A stretch of DNA of 64,000 bases from Salpingoeca rosetta (GCA_033442325.1 JAWQFM010000005.1:1595171-1659170); one strand, 5' to 3'; positions 1 through 24,999 are shown, counted from the stretch's first letter. The notes: generated from the letters alone by a model not told the origin. Made by a program: numbers and translations.

Positions 1-3093
<3,093 letters not shown>

Positions 3094-3162
<69 letters not shown>
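3094..3162 (+). repeat. (TGA)23 microsatellite starting at the Raw-like stop codon
   Basis: Directly visible: ...ACG GCA TGA TGA TGA... Confidence 0.95.
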
Positions 3163-3164
<2 letters not shown>

Positions 3165-3512
3165 TGATTGCGTGAAGCCATGTGAAATGGCACATGTACG
3201 TTGCATGTTACACCTCCGGTCCGCTGTTTCACCTCTTTTCGTGTTGAATGTGACAGGAGGTTCTGGGTGTACACACTGTTGAGCTTCGGCAGGGCTCGCT
3301 GTCGCAAGTTGTCCATATATTGTTGGCCTGTTACATTGTCCCAACAGCGTGCCTGTTGCTCTTGTTTTCCTCCTCTTCTTCATTGCTCTGTCCACTTGAA
3401 CTTTTGTTGATTTGTACAGCGAACAGCAAAGAGTATTGAACCCGCTGCTCTCAATTCACATCTGAAAGGCCAGTGAATGCTATCGAGATTGCACACGCAC
3501 ACCAAGCCGAGG

Positions 3513-3556
<44 letters not shown>

Positions 3557-3596
3557 ACACACACACACAGACACACAGACACAGACACACAGAGGC

Positions 3597-5593
<1,997 letters not shown>

Positions 5594-5666
5594 CGTGAAA
5601 ATGTGAGTCCTTCCTGCCTTCTGCTTCTTCACTTTTTTTCTCTAACAAGCAAGCAAGCAAGAGACG

Positions 5667-11158
<5,492 letters not shown>

Positions 11159-11232
11159 GGACGGGGCCGTGGCTCCTGGTTGTCTTCAGTTAGCAATAGC
11201 ATGTTCATTCCACAAGGGGTGGGGGGGTGCTG

Positions 11233-11269
<37 letters not shown>

Positions 11270-11279
11270 TATGTGTTGG

Positions 11280-11322
<43 letters not shown>

Positions 11323-11685
11323 TATGTGTGTGTGTGTGTGTGCGCGCGCGCGCCATGAATTGAACCTTGCATTTGCGGAGAGTGGTGTGTGTACCTTCGT
11401 TGTTCAATCTGCAAATGGCCACTGGTGTCCATGTTACTTGGTGTGATGGAGCTCTAAACGGCGCTGTTGATGTGTAAACGGGATGTAATTCTGAAGGGGG
11501 CCGAGTGGTGTTGTGATCTGACACGACTGCAATGACCTCATGGCTTTACTTACAAGCAACTCGCGAGCGAGCGAAAACAACCACAGCGATGCAGCACAAA
11601 AAACGAGGCTGTCACAACAGCCACAACCAAACAACACAGACAAACACAGAAGAAACGACACAAAGGCAAAGAAGGCGCCCATGTA

Positions 11686-11717
<32 letters not shown>

Positions 11718-12018
11718 AGCATGGAGCACACCATGCTCACTGTAGATGCGCACAAGCCCTCGTGCACGGTCGCATCAAACTCAGGGCATGGGACTCAAAG
11801 CTACCAGCACACACGCACGCACACACGCACGCGCAAACGTAAAACCTCACCACCGCCCCCCCCTCCTCCTGTCGTAAAATCACAAATGACTTCTCTTAAC
11901 GTTGTCGAATCACTTTGGCACCGACTCGTCCACCACCACCACCACCATCACCACCATCATCATCACAATCACAACCGCCGCCGTTGCAGCCATCTGTATC
12001 CGGCATGCAAGGTGCAGC

Positions 12019-13629
12019 CTACATGGGCCTGGGCAACGCATCAATCTCCTCTGATGCGTCGCCATAGCCGTCGATATCGCCCTTCTTCACAAGCACCACG
12101 CTCGTCGGCCGCTTCGTCTGCCCGGCGGCACCAAGATCCTGCAGGCGCACCAGGCAACGGAGACAAAACAGCAGTTGGTGGTGAGTGTGCGAGAAATGAA
12201 GAGGGGCATGGGGAGCAAGAGTGAGATAAGGAGGCAGCCCAGGCAGCGATGGCCGTGGTGGAGCCAATGTGGCGTACAGGCATGAACGTGCAGAAACACC
12301 TTCAAAAATGCTCTTTGCAGCTCACCTTCTTTGACGGGATGTAGCAGTAGGGCACCTTGGCGTCCTCGCACATGACGGGAATGTGTGAAATGACGTCGAT
12401 GGGAGACACGTCGCCAGCCAGGATGCAGATGCTGCGTTGAGAAGGTGGGGAGAGGGTTTGGAGATGCGGAGATGGTGTGTCAGTGACACGCAGGTGAGCA
12501 AGGCGCGAGATTCAACGACGACCCAAGATCGTGTGCATGGCATGGCTCGCGAGCCGATGCAAGCAATGTGTTGCGTGCATCACCGCTCAATGTACACACA
12601 GCAGAGGTGATGGGGAGGACGAAACAACAAGGTGCAGGTTGGTGATGTTACACACCCAGCAGCGCCCTTGCGAATTGCCTTGCTGACTTCCTTGACACCA
12701 CGACACAGGGACTTGTTCTTGTGTGCCTTCTTCACCATCTGTATGGCACGGGCATACATGTACACATGTGCGTGCGTGCGTATACATGTGTGTGTACGTG
12801 TACATGTGCGTGTATGCGTGCGTATGTGAGAGAGTGTTGAGGCAACCAAAAGGCGGGGCGCGTGCATACCGATCAACCCCACGAGAAAAGACACGGCTCA
12901 AACGCGCTGGTTGGATATGGCTATCGCGCAAACCGCCGACTTGTGTACACAATCGCACACACAACACACTCCCAGAATACACACACACAACCCACAACAC
13001 ACAACAACACACGTACCTTGTACAGCTTCTTTGTGAGCTTCTTGTCTGCCAAAGGCTTAGCGATGACGCTCACGCGTTGTACCAGGACCTCATATGGGAT
13101 TTCCTCCTCTGTGGCGGGTGTGTCGTTCTTCTCCTTCTTCTCCTTCTTCTCCTTCTTGTCCTTCTTGGCCTTCTTCTCCTTCTTGGCCTTCTTTGGCGTG
13201 TGCTCGTTGCCTGTTTCCCAGCGACAGCAGCAGACAGCGGTCAGTGAGTGGCAAGTTCAGGTTGGAAAACGAGAAGGAAGCGGGGTTGGCAACATGCCAC
13301 GTAAAAATTACGACCCAATGGGACAAGGGTAGGGCAACTCATGGGGTGGGTTGGCATCAGCGAGCAAGGTTCAATTAGACTTTGGTCCTCACGGGTGTCA
13401 AATCAGAGACTCAAGTCGATTTGCTCATCACTTGCCAACAAAAAAAGCAACACAAAGGGAAACAGGGCCCCGCACGACACACACGCAACCGCACATGTTC
13501 ACATCAAACAAGCCTCACAGTGGGAAAGAGAGAGATGGAGAGAGGTGGGAGAAGGAGGAGGGGGTGCATCCGCATGTTAACACAAGAAGCACAAGCTCAG
13601 TGCATGCGCATAAGCATCGGCGTACCCAT
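12019..13629 (-). CDS. NHP2: H/ACA snoRNP subunit NHP2 (L7Ae family)
   Basis: Exons: ATGG (13629-13626), ...IAKPLADKKLTKKLYK|MVKKAHKNKSLCRGVKEVSKAIRKGAAG|ICILAGDVSPIDVISHIPVMCEDAKVPYCYIPSKK|DLGAAGQTKRPTSVVLVK...PM*. Lys-rich N-terminus. Confidence 0.92.
13350..13439 (-). ncRNA. Intronic box C/D snoRNA candidate in NHP2 intron 1
   Basis: Minus strand reads GTTGGCA-A-GTGATGA (C box)...CTGA (D')...GTGAGGA (C')...CTGA (D)-TGCCAAC. It has a perfect 7-bp terminal stem, all four boxes, is ~90 nt long and lies on the host-gene strand. Confidence 0.8.
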
Positions 13630-14002
13630 GGCTGGTTTGGTTTGGTTTGGTTTGGTTTGCTTCTCACGTGGCAGGCGGTGTGTGGAAAATTGTCGGATGG
13701 CTTGGATGAAATTTCTCCAGGCAGCCGCCAGCAGAAAAATAAATTCGGCGGCAGTTGCGAGCAGACACAGCAGCAGTGAACGTTTCTTCGCTCGCTCGCA
13801 GTGCAGTCGTGTCTGACACAGGAAGACAGAAGCGTGCGTGCGTGAGTGTCGGTGTTGTTGAAGGGTACACAGCGTTGCAAAAGGTTGCACACACTGCAAG
13901 CAGAGTGTGTGTGTGCGTGTGTTTGTGTGTACGTGAGAGTGAGTGACAACAGCAGGTTGGTTTGGAGGAGGTGACAAGCAAGGACAGCAAGAACAGCCGA
14001 CC

Positions 14003-15053
14003 ATGTGGCGGTTTTCCGTTGAGTTTGACATGATGCTCGCCGTCGTGCAGAGCGGCACTGATGCACAGATCATGTCCGATGACTTCAAGGCCCGCGCTCG
14101 CGATTTCGCCAGAGAAGTGCAAGCACTTGGCGCCAAGGTGTGTGTGATTGTGTATGCGTGTGCGTGCGTTGGTGTGTATGTGTGTGCGTGGGTTTCTGCG
14201 TGTGTGTGCGCGTGCGTGTGCGCGCGTGCGTGTATGTCTGTGTGTGTGTGTGTCTGTGCGCTTCTGTATCTCTGTGCCTGTGTCTGTCTGTCTGTGTGCA
14301 TCTGTATCTCTGTGCCTGTGTCTGTCCGTCTGTGTGCATCTATGCGTCCTTGTGTCCGTCTGTCCATCTGCCGTGTTTTCTCATCGACAATATCGGTGTG
14401 CCTTCTGCGTCCTCAATACATGCACACACACACGCAAACACACGCCTTGCGTATGTTCACGTGCCCTGTTTGCTTGTGTTCAGGATGCCCGCGCGTTTTA
14501 CCTGCGCCCGCAGGACGCAACAGTGCGGCAACAGCTGGAAAGCGGCACAGACCGACGTGTTCCGCTCTTTCCGGATGACGACCGTGCAACCGCACCGCAC
14601 GTGTCGCAAGAGGTCGTGGAGCAGGCGATTGTCCTCTCCGACCTCCTTGGGCTGCACGAGCAGACTTGCTGCGGCCTCGTGCTGGAGGCTGTATCGCCAC
14701 ACACGGTGCCGCTGGCCATGCACACGGCTGACACCACAACCAAGGCCATGTACCTCTACTTCCAGGCGTGCCAGACCCTGTCTCGCTGCTTCTGCATCCT
14801 CGCCGACGAAGCTGCAAGCACCACCGAGACGTCCCTCTCGGGGTTTGCGCGGGAATGGTTTGACAAGGAGGTCACAAACCCCCTGGAGATTGCCATGACG
14901 TGTGTGCGCAACTGCGACGCGCAGGAAGACTGGAGGACCGTGCAGCGCTGTATTGGTGCGCTTCCTGACGCCAAGGCATCCTCCGTGAGTTGCCCTCCTC
15001 TCCCGTGTCAAATGTGTGTGTGTTTGTATTTTTGTGTGTGTGTGTGTGTTTGT

Positions 15054-15095
<42 letters not shown>

Positions 15096-15410
15096 TTGTG
15101 TGTGTGTGTGTGTGTGTTTGTATTTGTGTGTGTGTGTGTGTGGTTTATGTTTGCGCCATGTTTGCGCCTCTGTGCGCACGTGCGTACGCGTGTTGTGCAT
15201 GCGATGACTTTTTGTGGTTCTCCATATCTTCAAGTGCATGGGACAATGCCTCACACGTGACCCCCCGTGTGTACGTGTGAGCAGCAAGCGCCGATGGACG
15301 TCATCACGGCGCACATGGAGCACGTTGTGTTTGAGCGCGAGGTCGAATACGCAGACATGCTCCTCACCATCGTTGCCAACGCCAGCCTCGTCCCGCAATC
15401 ACAAGGTGTG

Positions 15411-15470
<60 letters not shown>

Positions 15471-15689
15471 GGTGTGGGTGGGTGTGGGTGGGTGTTGGAA
15501 TGCACACTTGTGTGCACGACAGTTTTGTTTCGTTTTGCTTGTGCTTGCGGTTGCTTGATTGGCGCCAACTTACAGTACATGTGTGGCTCTGCATGTTTTG
15601 CTTTGGTGCAGAGTCGTCGCTGCTGGAGATCAGCCCGCTGCAGGTCGCCCTCCTCGTACAGGTCAGAAGCCAGAAGTTGAGCCGAGAAC

Positions 15690-15723
<34 letters not shown>

Positions 15724-17281
15724 ACAACAACAACAACAACATGAACGGGTTTGCTTTGCTTACAGCCTTCTCCCAGACGCGCTCTCATTCAACATCTCGC
15801 TGTTCGTTGTTGTTGCTGCTGTGCGGCTGTGCATGTGTACGTATGCATGTACATGCGTGTGTAAATACATGTGTGTATCAATGCGTGTGTACAGCTGCTG
15901 CGGGATGTGTCGGCACTGGACAAGGGCCCGCTGGACAAGCCAAAGTCGGCCGTGTGCAGTCTCATTGCCATCGTCCTCTGCGCATTCCAGGTGCGCGCAG
16001 TGTCGCAGTGGTGCTGCAGTCATGGGCATTGTCATAGATGTGTGCGCATGCCTTCTCCACATGCACAACAGCTTCATATGTGCAGTCAACCCCCCCCCCC
16101 CCAACACACACACACTGCACACAGCCCTGTCCTCCAACGCTCGCCGACCCCCCTGCCGTCTTCACGCAACACACTCATGCACGCAACACGCTCATGCACA
16201 CAACACACACACACACACACATACACACCCACATGCCTGCCGACTGCCGCGTGCAGAAGCACCGCGAGTTTCAGCTGCGCGTGCTTGATGTTGCACCGCA
16301 GTACACGGCCGACACCGCCCGCGAAAATCCGCTGCTGCTGCCCGGGCCAGACGGACACAACGCAATCGACACGGTGCGCCCATCTGTCGTGCTGTGGCGC
16401 CCAGCGAACCTGTGATGTGCTGTGCCGCAAAGCAGAGGAAACACTTGATTGCACATGTTCGTGTATCTGTGTGCGTGTGTGCGTGTGTGTGTACGCGCGC
16501 TGTCGTCAGCCCGCGCCGCCGTTGCCGCGTTGATGTAGTGGTGCCATTCTCACAACAGACACGCTCATGTTTACACGTGTACGCGTATGTGCCCTCGCAG
16601 GAGCTGTCACAGCCGTGGGGTGGCAGTGTGCTTGTGTGGCGGCTGGTGCGCATCGCGTATGGCCTCATGGTCGACGACAACGAGACGATCGAGCTTGCTC
16701 GCGACCCCTCCCACACCATGGCCGCAGGCGCCACAACCAGAGGTGCTCGGCAACACTCGTGCATGTGCGCATGTGTGTTTACATGTTTGCGTGCTGCTTG
16801 TGCATGTGTGCGCATCTCTCGGGTCAGCTGCAATTTTTGCGTGCATGACTTCGTATGTCTGTTCCGCGTACCAATGCGTACAGATGTCAGTGTATTTCAA
16901 CTCACACTGGCCTCAACTCGACCACAACAGGCGTGTTTGACTTTCTTCGCTGCGTGCTGGAGAACCGCGTGTTTGCGCGCGTGTCGCCCATGAGCGCATA
17001 CAAATCAGACATCTTCCAGATGTACGTGCCATGGCGTGGGTTTGTGGACAGGGGTTGTAGTGCACACTGCCCTGATGTGCTGATGTTGTGTTGTGTTGGC
17101 CAATGTTTTCGAAAACTCACCACGCTTGCTTCCTTCCTTTAGGTTCTTTGAATGGCTGATTGAAGACAACCAGCGGGTACGATAACAGCCTGCACTGGCG
17201 ACGCGGCTCTTGCTTTCATGATCATTTTCTCGTCGTCTTCACCCGCAACGGCATTCCTGCCCTGCCTACCCTCACCTACAT

Positions 17282-17361
<80 letters not shown>

Positions 17362-17574
17362 TCACGCACTGGCGGACGATGGCGGACGACTACTACCAGG
17401 AGCACGCGAGCCAGCGGCTGCAGGAGGAGATGCTGCAGGGCTACGACCGCCACCACAACAGCTTGTTCACGGACGACTTTCAGCACCTCATGCAGGCCGC
17501 CACCGCCCTCTTCAGGTCGCCGTGCTCCCCACACTGCGCAGTTGTGCATGTGCATGTGTGTATGTATGTATGTA

Positions 17575-17620
<46 letters not shown>

Positions 17621-20600
17621 CGAGTGTGCGAGTGTGCGAGTGGGTTGTGTCGAGGAGGTGGCCCGTTGCAGGTGGTCCGTAGGAGGTGGTGCAGATTCTG
17701 TACGCCAACAAACTGTTGCACGTGCTTCACTCACTCATTCCCTCGTTTGTTCGATCCTCCTCCTCACCGCTACCACCACCGCCTTTGTGCTACAGGCTGC
17801 CGAGCTTGAGCGAGGACCGCGTCAACCCGTCAAACTGGGAGTCGTTCCTCAAAACAGCCGGTGCGTGTTGCCACGGTTCTGTCTGCCCCTCCTCCCCCTT
17901 CCGTTGCGCCATTTGCGTTTCACTGGGCGGTGGACCCAATGAATTGTTTCGGTTACGCTCGACCCACGGTGGCTCAAATTTCGTTGCGCTGTGATCACAC
18001 ACACACACACACATACACATACACATATATGTATACACACATACAACAATTTACACGCACACACACACACTCTCTCTCCTTCTCTCTTGTTTGTACATGC
18101 TTTTACAGGCACAGCTCACATCTCAAACTACCAAGCCTTCCTCGACCTTGTATGTACTGTGCCGCTGCGACAAATTGGTGTCTGCATGAACGTGTGTCTG
18201 TGAACCAATTGCTTGTGCATCCACGGTGCGCGGGTTGGGTCTTCAAAGCTCACGTACGCTCGCGCACATGTTCATGTATGTTGACCACTTTTGAACAGCT
18301 GCATGCCTTTGTTATTGGATTTGACACGGCATCCACCGTCTTCAACCTCTTCAGCATTGCGTTCAGTGAGTCAGCACACACACACACACACGCACACCGG
18401 CGCACATGCACACTTGCGCTTGCACGTCACACCAATTGAACACGCCAACCCGCACTCGAATCATAGTTTGCCTTTTCTTTTTCCCTTTTTTTTTTTGTTT
18501 GTTTTGTATCGCTGCCTGTCTCACCGTACGTGTGCGCGTGTGCTCTGCAGCCAAGCAAAACGAGGTGTTTACGTGGCGGAATCTGCTTGATGCAATCAAG
18601 GGCTACGTCGACGAGCTCACGCAGGGAAACACAGGTACTGACGTGTCGCGATGATGATGCAATCACTTGTGCTCATACCAGTTGGATTTAGTGTTTGCTT
18701 GCCCACACTCAAACACACACCGCTAACTTAACCTTGTTTTGTTACCCTTGGTTGCCCACGTGATTGTGCGTTTGTGGTTGTGTGCAATAGCGTTGAATGC
18801 AGACATTGAGACGCAGAAGATGCTCATCGCCTACTTTGACATCCTCGGTGCTGTGGTGCGTCCCCAAGTGCTCGCGCTGACCGCCAGCAGCCGTGTGCTG
18901 TTTCTCGTGCTGTGCGACTTTGCGCCTCTTTACAAATCACTTCTAACTCTCACACACACAAAACTACACGCACGCACGCACAACACACAACACACAACAC
19001 AACCCGTACACACGAAACACTCTCATTCCTCACCTGCACGTAATTTCCGTTCCCCGTGCACGTGTCAACAGGCTGAGCACGTGCACAAGCACCACAACGG
19101 CGCAACGTTTGCCTTTGATGGGGAGTTTCTGGATTGGCTGCTGCAGCTGTTCCTGTGCCCCGTGACGAGCGAGATCAAAGGCGCCGTGTGCCGCGCCCTC
19201 GCTGGCCTGTGTCACTCCAAAGACGCTGCGCAATACGTCTGGACCAGGCTCTGCGAAGAAGAGGGCATGCTCGAGATGGCAAGCCTCGCAGAGGCGTAAG
19301 TGCAACAACAGGATGTGTGTGCGTGTGTGTGTGCAGTTGTCTGTGTGCCTGTGTGCCTGCGTGCTTGTCCATTCATCTACTGTGTTGTGTGTGCTCGAGT
19401 GGCACGCGGATGCTTGGTCGAGGCGCCTCTCACATGCCGATCCGGCCTAACCTTGCCCGTTGCTCCCACTGCATACCACGGCAGGCGGGTTCGAGATGAT
19501 GTTGGCCTGGCTCGCGACTTTATGAACGAGCGCAGCGCGCGTGTGTACGACGAAACACGCGGTTTCCTCGACCTCCTCACTGTCCTCTTGCCTTCCTTCG
19601 AGGTGTGTGCACCATGCATTTCCCAAGCTCCCCAATGACGCTCCCTTGCACTCTGCGTTTGGTGTGCAGCTTGAATCTGCACCCACAAGGCACACATGGG
19701 CGTCCACCTCTCCACAAGCGATGCACCTTCTCACACAACTGCATGTGGTGTGATGCATTTCAAATCCCCCACCTCCCTTTTACCATCCCGCAGACTGCAC
19801 GGCTTGATCCCAGCCTGCTGCTTCAGAAGGTTGACGCGTTTATGTCGCTGGTTGTGGACAACGTCTTTGCAAACGTGCTGCAGCAGAGCTACGTTGACGC
19901 CACCGCCAAGTGGCAGCTGGCTGAGACTCTCGTCGTCTTCATCCGCCGTGTTCTCTGTCAGTCTTCTCATACGTGTTTGTGTGCGTGTGTTTGTGTGTTC
20001 TCGTGTGTGCTTGTGCGTGTGCGTGTGCGTGTGCGTGCGTTTGTATAGCCTCGTGTGTGTGCGTGTGTGCGTGTGTGAAAACAACCACTTGCATGCGTTC
20101 TGCCTGCGTCGCCTTGCCGCCCTCTTCCAACCTCCCCCCCCCCAACTGTGTGCCCGTCCCTGAACCAGGCGAGTACTATCCCGCCACCACGGACTTCATT
20201 GACGATCGCGCGCGAGAGCTTACACAGCAGCCGCAGCCGCAGCAGCCCCCGCTGCGCCACGCCGGCCGCTTCCGTACGTCCTGCGCTATTGTTCTCTCCT
20301 GCATGCCGTAACAGACGTGATGGTGGTGGTAACATGATGCTGTGGTTGCTGTCGCGGAGATCGCTGTGACAGCCACAGTTGGTTTGTGCTCGTGTCTGTG
20401 CTTGGGCTTGACATCACTCTCCTCTTCATCGCGCTCACGTGTACCGTGTTCCAACGCGTCATGCGTCTCTGTTGGTTGCGTGATCTTCGGCAGTGCTGCG
20501 TCGCCTGTCTGATGATGAGCACACGTTGCGCACCATCAAGGACGTTGTGAGGCTGGCCGCCAACAACCACAAGTACGCGCTTGACTCCAAGGCCCGCACG

Positions 20601-20993
20601 CACTTTATGAACTGCGTCGAGCCGTGCATGGATGTGCTCGAGATGACGTTTGTTCGCCAGGTCAGTCTACCCCTTGCTTGTACGTGTGCGCCTACGTGGA
20701 TGTGTGTGCTGAGCCACCCCTGCTTGCTCTAATTGTTCAGACCTCAATTGTGCACCCCTTGCACAACGTTGCTCATACACGCACACATACATATCCATAC
20801 ACTCGCTCACACACGCTCGATGTCGCTACGTCTGCATGAACGTGCATGTTTGTTTTGGACAGCGTGCGATGGAGCCGTATGCGCCCGTGCTGCAGCCGCT
20901 GGCGTCGCAGCTGCTCGACCTCGTTGGTGACGTCAGCACGCTCCTCAGCAGGGATTTTGAAGAGAAATACGCTCTGAAGGTGCATAGGCTTGT

Positions 20994-21051
<58 letters not shown>

Positions 21052-24000
21052 CGGTATCAACTGCATGCTCGAGATAACTAGCACGAGCACATCAACGTGC
21101 ACTCGCGCAATCACACATTTGCACGTTCTCCCTATTCATCAACCCCTCGCTGCAGTGATCATCCGCCCCTCCCTTGCCTAACCACCCTCAAAACACGCGA
21201 ACACACTTACTGCCTCATTCGCAGGCCATCACGCTGCTGTGGCACGTCCTGCGGTCGCCGCGCCGCTCGCACGACTTTGGGTCCATTTTCCGTCGCCTGG
21301 GCGGCTTCCACCTGCAGACGATCATCGACAGCCTGCAGCTGCGGCTACACGATGTGCGGCCAACCGTCAACGCCGTGCCCACTGGCGAGGAGCACTTTGA
21401 TGTGCACGGCCAGGTGCACTCCACCTTCACCAACGCCGTGGCGACCAGCATCCTGCACCTTCTGCACCATCTTCTGCAATCGAGCCAGAAGAACGTCGCC
21501 TTTCTCCTCCTTGGCCTTTCCAGCGTCGTGGACGGTACTCAGGTAGCAAGCTGCTCGCTGCCTTGCTTTGCTTTGCTGTGCTTTGCTTTCCAACGTTTGC
21601 AGTTTTCTTCGATGTGCTGCGGTGCTTTCATCCCATCCCCCTCTCGAGCATGCATTGCAGTCCAAATCACCCCTTTCGTGTTTTCAGCTGACACATGCGC
21701 CCTTCCCTCTCTTCCCTCTCTTCCCTCTCTTCCCTCTCTTCCCTCTCTTCCCTCTCTTCCCTCTCTTCCCTCTCTTCCCTCCTTACCTCCTTACCTCCTG
21801 AACTCTTGCAACCAACAGCGCCGCATCCGCCCGCCTGGCCCTGGGGAGCCGAGCAACTGTCTGTACTCGCTCGTGTACCTGCTCGACCCAAAGCAGTCAC
21901 CTCCGCTCGTGCAGTGCAACCCAGAGTGCGCCGAGCTGGCTGCACAGATCTTGTATGTGCTGTGTTGGTTCCCCCAGACGTCGCAGCCTGTGATGGCCTA
22001 TCTGCGCGACAGTGAGGACTTTTTCAGCAACCACATGCGCGCCCTCGCTGCGCGCGCGACGGGCAGCCTGACCCCAACGCAGGTGGCCGCCCAGCACCAC
22101 TACACGGCGTGGGTGCTGAAGATGCTTGCGCTCGAGCTGTACTCGCCCTCCAAGGGCGGCAGCGGCGAGTCGCAGTCGGGCCTGGTTGAGGCCATGCTCG
22201 AGCTCGACTCGCCACGGTTTGACAGCGCGGGGCGCGGGGCGCGGCGGCGGCTGCTGCAGCTGCTGGACCAGATTTCCCTCGAGTCTGACCCCGTCGCAGC
22301 ACCGGACCTGCACGTGCTTGACATTGGGCTTGTCAACGCGGCCTTCAAGCGGTGCACGGGCCCGCGCATGGGCCGCGAGGGTGCGCAGTACTGCCGGATC
22401 GGGGATATGATTGACGCCATTCGAAGCAGCATCGACCAGGTGCACGACGAGGCGGCGGTTGAGGCCGAGCTGGCGCAGGTGGCGCGCATTGCCGAGCAGA
22501 GCAACACCAACAGCGAGCTGCGGGCGGCAAAGGCACACCTCCTTCGCGCGTGGCACCGCGCCGTGGAGGTTGCGCTCATCAAGTACCCGTACCAGACAAG
22601 CCCGACCAACCGCGTGCACACGGTGTCGCACATGCTGTCTGAGGTGCTGAACAGGCTGCCGGAGAACCCGGACCAACAGCAGCGGCTGGAGCCCGAGCTG
22701 CTCACCGTCGTGTCGGACATTCTGGTGACGATGATGTCCATCCTGGTGGACGCGACGCTCATGCTCTCGCGCGAGCAGGCGCGGGCCGCCCTCTCCACCA
22801 GCGTTCTCCGCCGCATCCTCGACGGCATTGTCTTTGGTATTCTCTTCAGGGACAGCACGACGCGCATGCGGCTCAACCAGTACGGCGCCCTGCTCTTCTA
22901 CCTACGCATTGCCCGGGAGACGGGCGACCCGACATACAGCGAGCGCCTGCGTGCGCCGCAACGCCGCTTCCTGGAGACGGTGGTGCAGGACGCCAGCGAC
23001 TCGAGTGGGTTTACGTCAGTGCTCGCCACCTCCGCGCTCAAGGAGGTTTTGCGCGTGTGCCGCCAGCACTCTGCGGTGTGGCTGACGTACTTTGGGCGAT
23101 TCGGGCACCTGAACGGGTTTGTTGCGCAGCTGCAGGACACGGACGATGCTCTCATGCGCGCAATGACGTCCACGGATGAACGGTCCCTCCTTGTCATCCA
23201 GGAACATCTTGCCCGCCTGGGCTTCCTGCTGGAGGTGTCACACAGGTCCTCGGGCCCAACGCTGCTGTTCACCACAGACTTGCTTCGCGTGTTGGAGCAG
23301 GCGCGCTTCATTGACGCTCGGCCCATGGCAGAGGACGTCCACAGCACGCGTCCCATGCACTCCACAGCGTGCGTACCCTTCTCTGTGTGTGTGTGTGCGT
23401 TTGTTTGTTGTGTGCGTTTGTTTGTTTGCATGTGTGCATCGGCAAACGAGGCTTGCTTGTGTTTTGGTGTTGCTGGGTGGCTGCGCCAGTGCTCTGCTGA
23501 TTTGCTCCTCCGCTCCCGCATTTCCATTTGCGTGTGTTCCCATTGGATGCGGACTGCCACCACCACAGGCTGCTGGACGAGCACACCTCGCGGCTGCAGC
23601 GCCATCGCAGCATCGTCATCCCCGTCATCCAGCTCGTCGTCAGCCTCCTACAGAAGTGCAAGCAACAGGTGTGTTCGTATGTGTGTGTGTGTGTGTTCGT
23701 ATGTGTGTTCGTCTGTCTGCCTGTCCATCTGTGTACGTGCGATTGCGTTATTGTGATGGGATCATTCCTGGCCAACACTCACAACACGGCATAATCCACA
23801 ATCGCCATGACAACACCAGGATACCAAGGTTGTGAGCCACATCATCACGTTTGTGCAGCGCCACCTTGGCCAGTACTTCCGCCCCGTTTTGAAGGTGGGT
23901 GTGGGCTGCATCACAACCCGACAGCACGCGTCGTTCCCTGCACACTTGTGGGGGCTGCTTGCCTATTTCGCTGTCGACTGTTCTGGAAAGGGCGGGGGTG

Positions 24001-24999
24001 GGTGTTTTGTTTGTGTCTTTCCTTCGAAACTCACGTTTGTTTGTCGCGAAACTCCTTGTGCGTCCCTTCTATGATCAGGACCGGGTTGGTGTGATTGATG
24101 TGCAATCGCTTGAAGAGTTGTGTGTTGTCACCTCCATGTTCCGGCTGCTCTCTCGCTACGGAACCACGCTGCGCACAGCCCTTGGCGCAAACGACCTCAG
24201 GTGCCCAACACAAACTGCGCACGTGCTTGCTTGTGTTTTGTTTTCGTGTTTTTTTTTTACTTGTTTGTTTTGGGGGGGGGGGGGGGGGGGGTTTTTTTTT
24301 TGCTTTTCGTCCTCCCCACACATACACACTTACTTACACGAATATTGATGCACACGCAAATGCGCGTGTTTGTGGTTGTCCACTGCAGGGTTCAGCACCA
24401 GATGGTGTCGCTCGCGGTTAAGTACTCCAAGCCAGGGGCGTGGCGGTCCACCCAGCACTGCTCGCAACTGGAGAAGCGCACCATGGAGACATATGTCAAC
24501 CAAATTGTCTTCAATGCGCTCTCATACATGCGCACGCGGATGGATGAAGGTGCGCTGATTGCGTGTGGCGTGTTCGAACTCGCTTTGCTGATGTTTTTTT
24601 TTTTTGCTCGATTGTTTGTTTGTTTGTTTGGTTGGTTGGTTGGTTGGTTGGTTGATTGATTGGATTGTTCGTTCGTTTTGTGTGCTAGGATGGGAGTGTT
24701 GCGATTTGTTAGCACTCAATTTCGCACAAACCCGCTCTCACCCACCTTCGCCCAAGCCCGCTCTCACCCACACTTCATCTCTCTCTTGTTGAATGTAGAC
24801 TGTGCTCGCACATACACGCGCAGCAACATCAACTTGGTCCTGTATCCCAGCATCACACAGACGGTTGAGGACAAGCCAACTCTCCACATTCTTGTCGTGC
24901 ACATGGAACAAGCCAACGAAACACGCAGGGTACGTGAGGACCGATGAGATGTTTTGCATGCGATTGGGCTTGCGCGTCATTTGTGCACACATGCGTGCG

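Noticed and set aside
11441-11524. C/D-like words downstream of the TIR gene
   Set aside because: Imperfect C box and no proper closing stem.
20340-20378. Intronic hairpins here and near 58334-58378 and 59808-59892
   Set aside because: Short imperfect inverted repeats expected by chance, with no box motifs or family signature.
21543-21818. Stop-free, in-frame 276-nt segment encoding (LPS)n inside the 860-aa NUP205 ORF
   Set aside because: It is bounded by GT..AG, pyrimidine-rich and interrupts Nup205 similarity, so it is best read as an ordinary intron.
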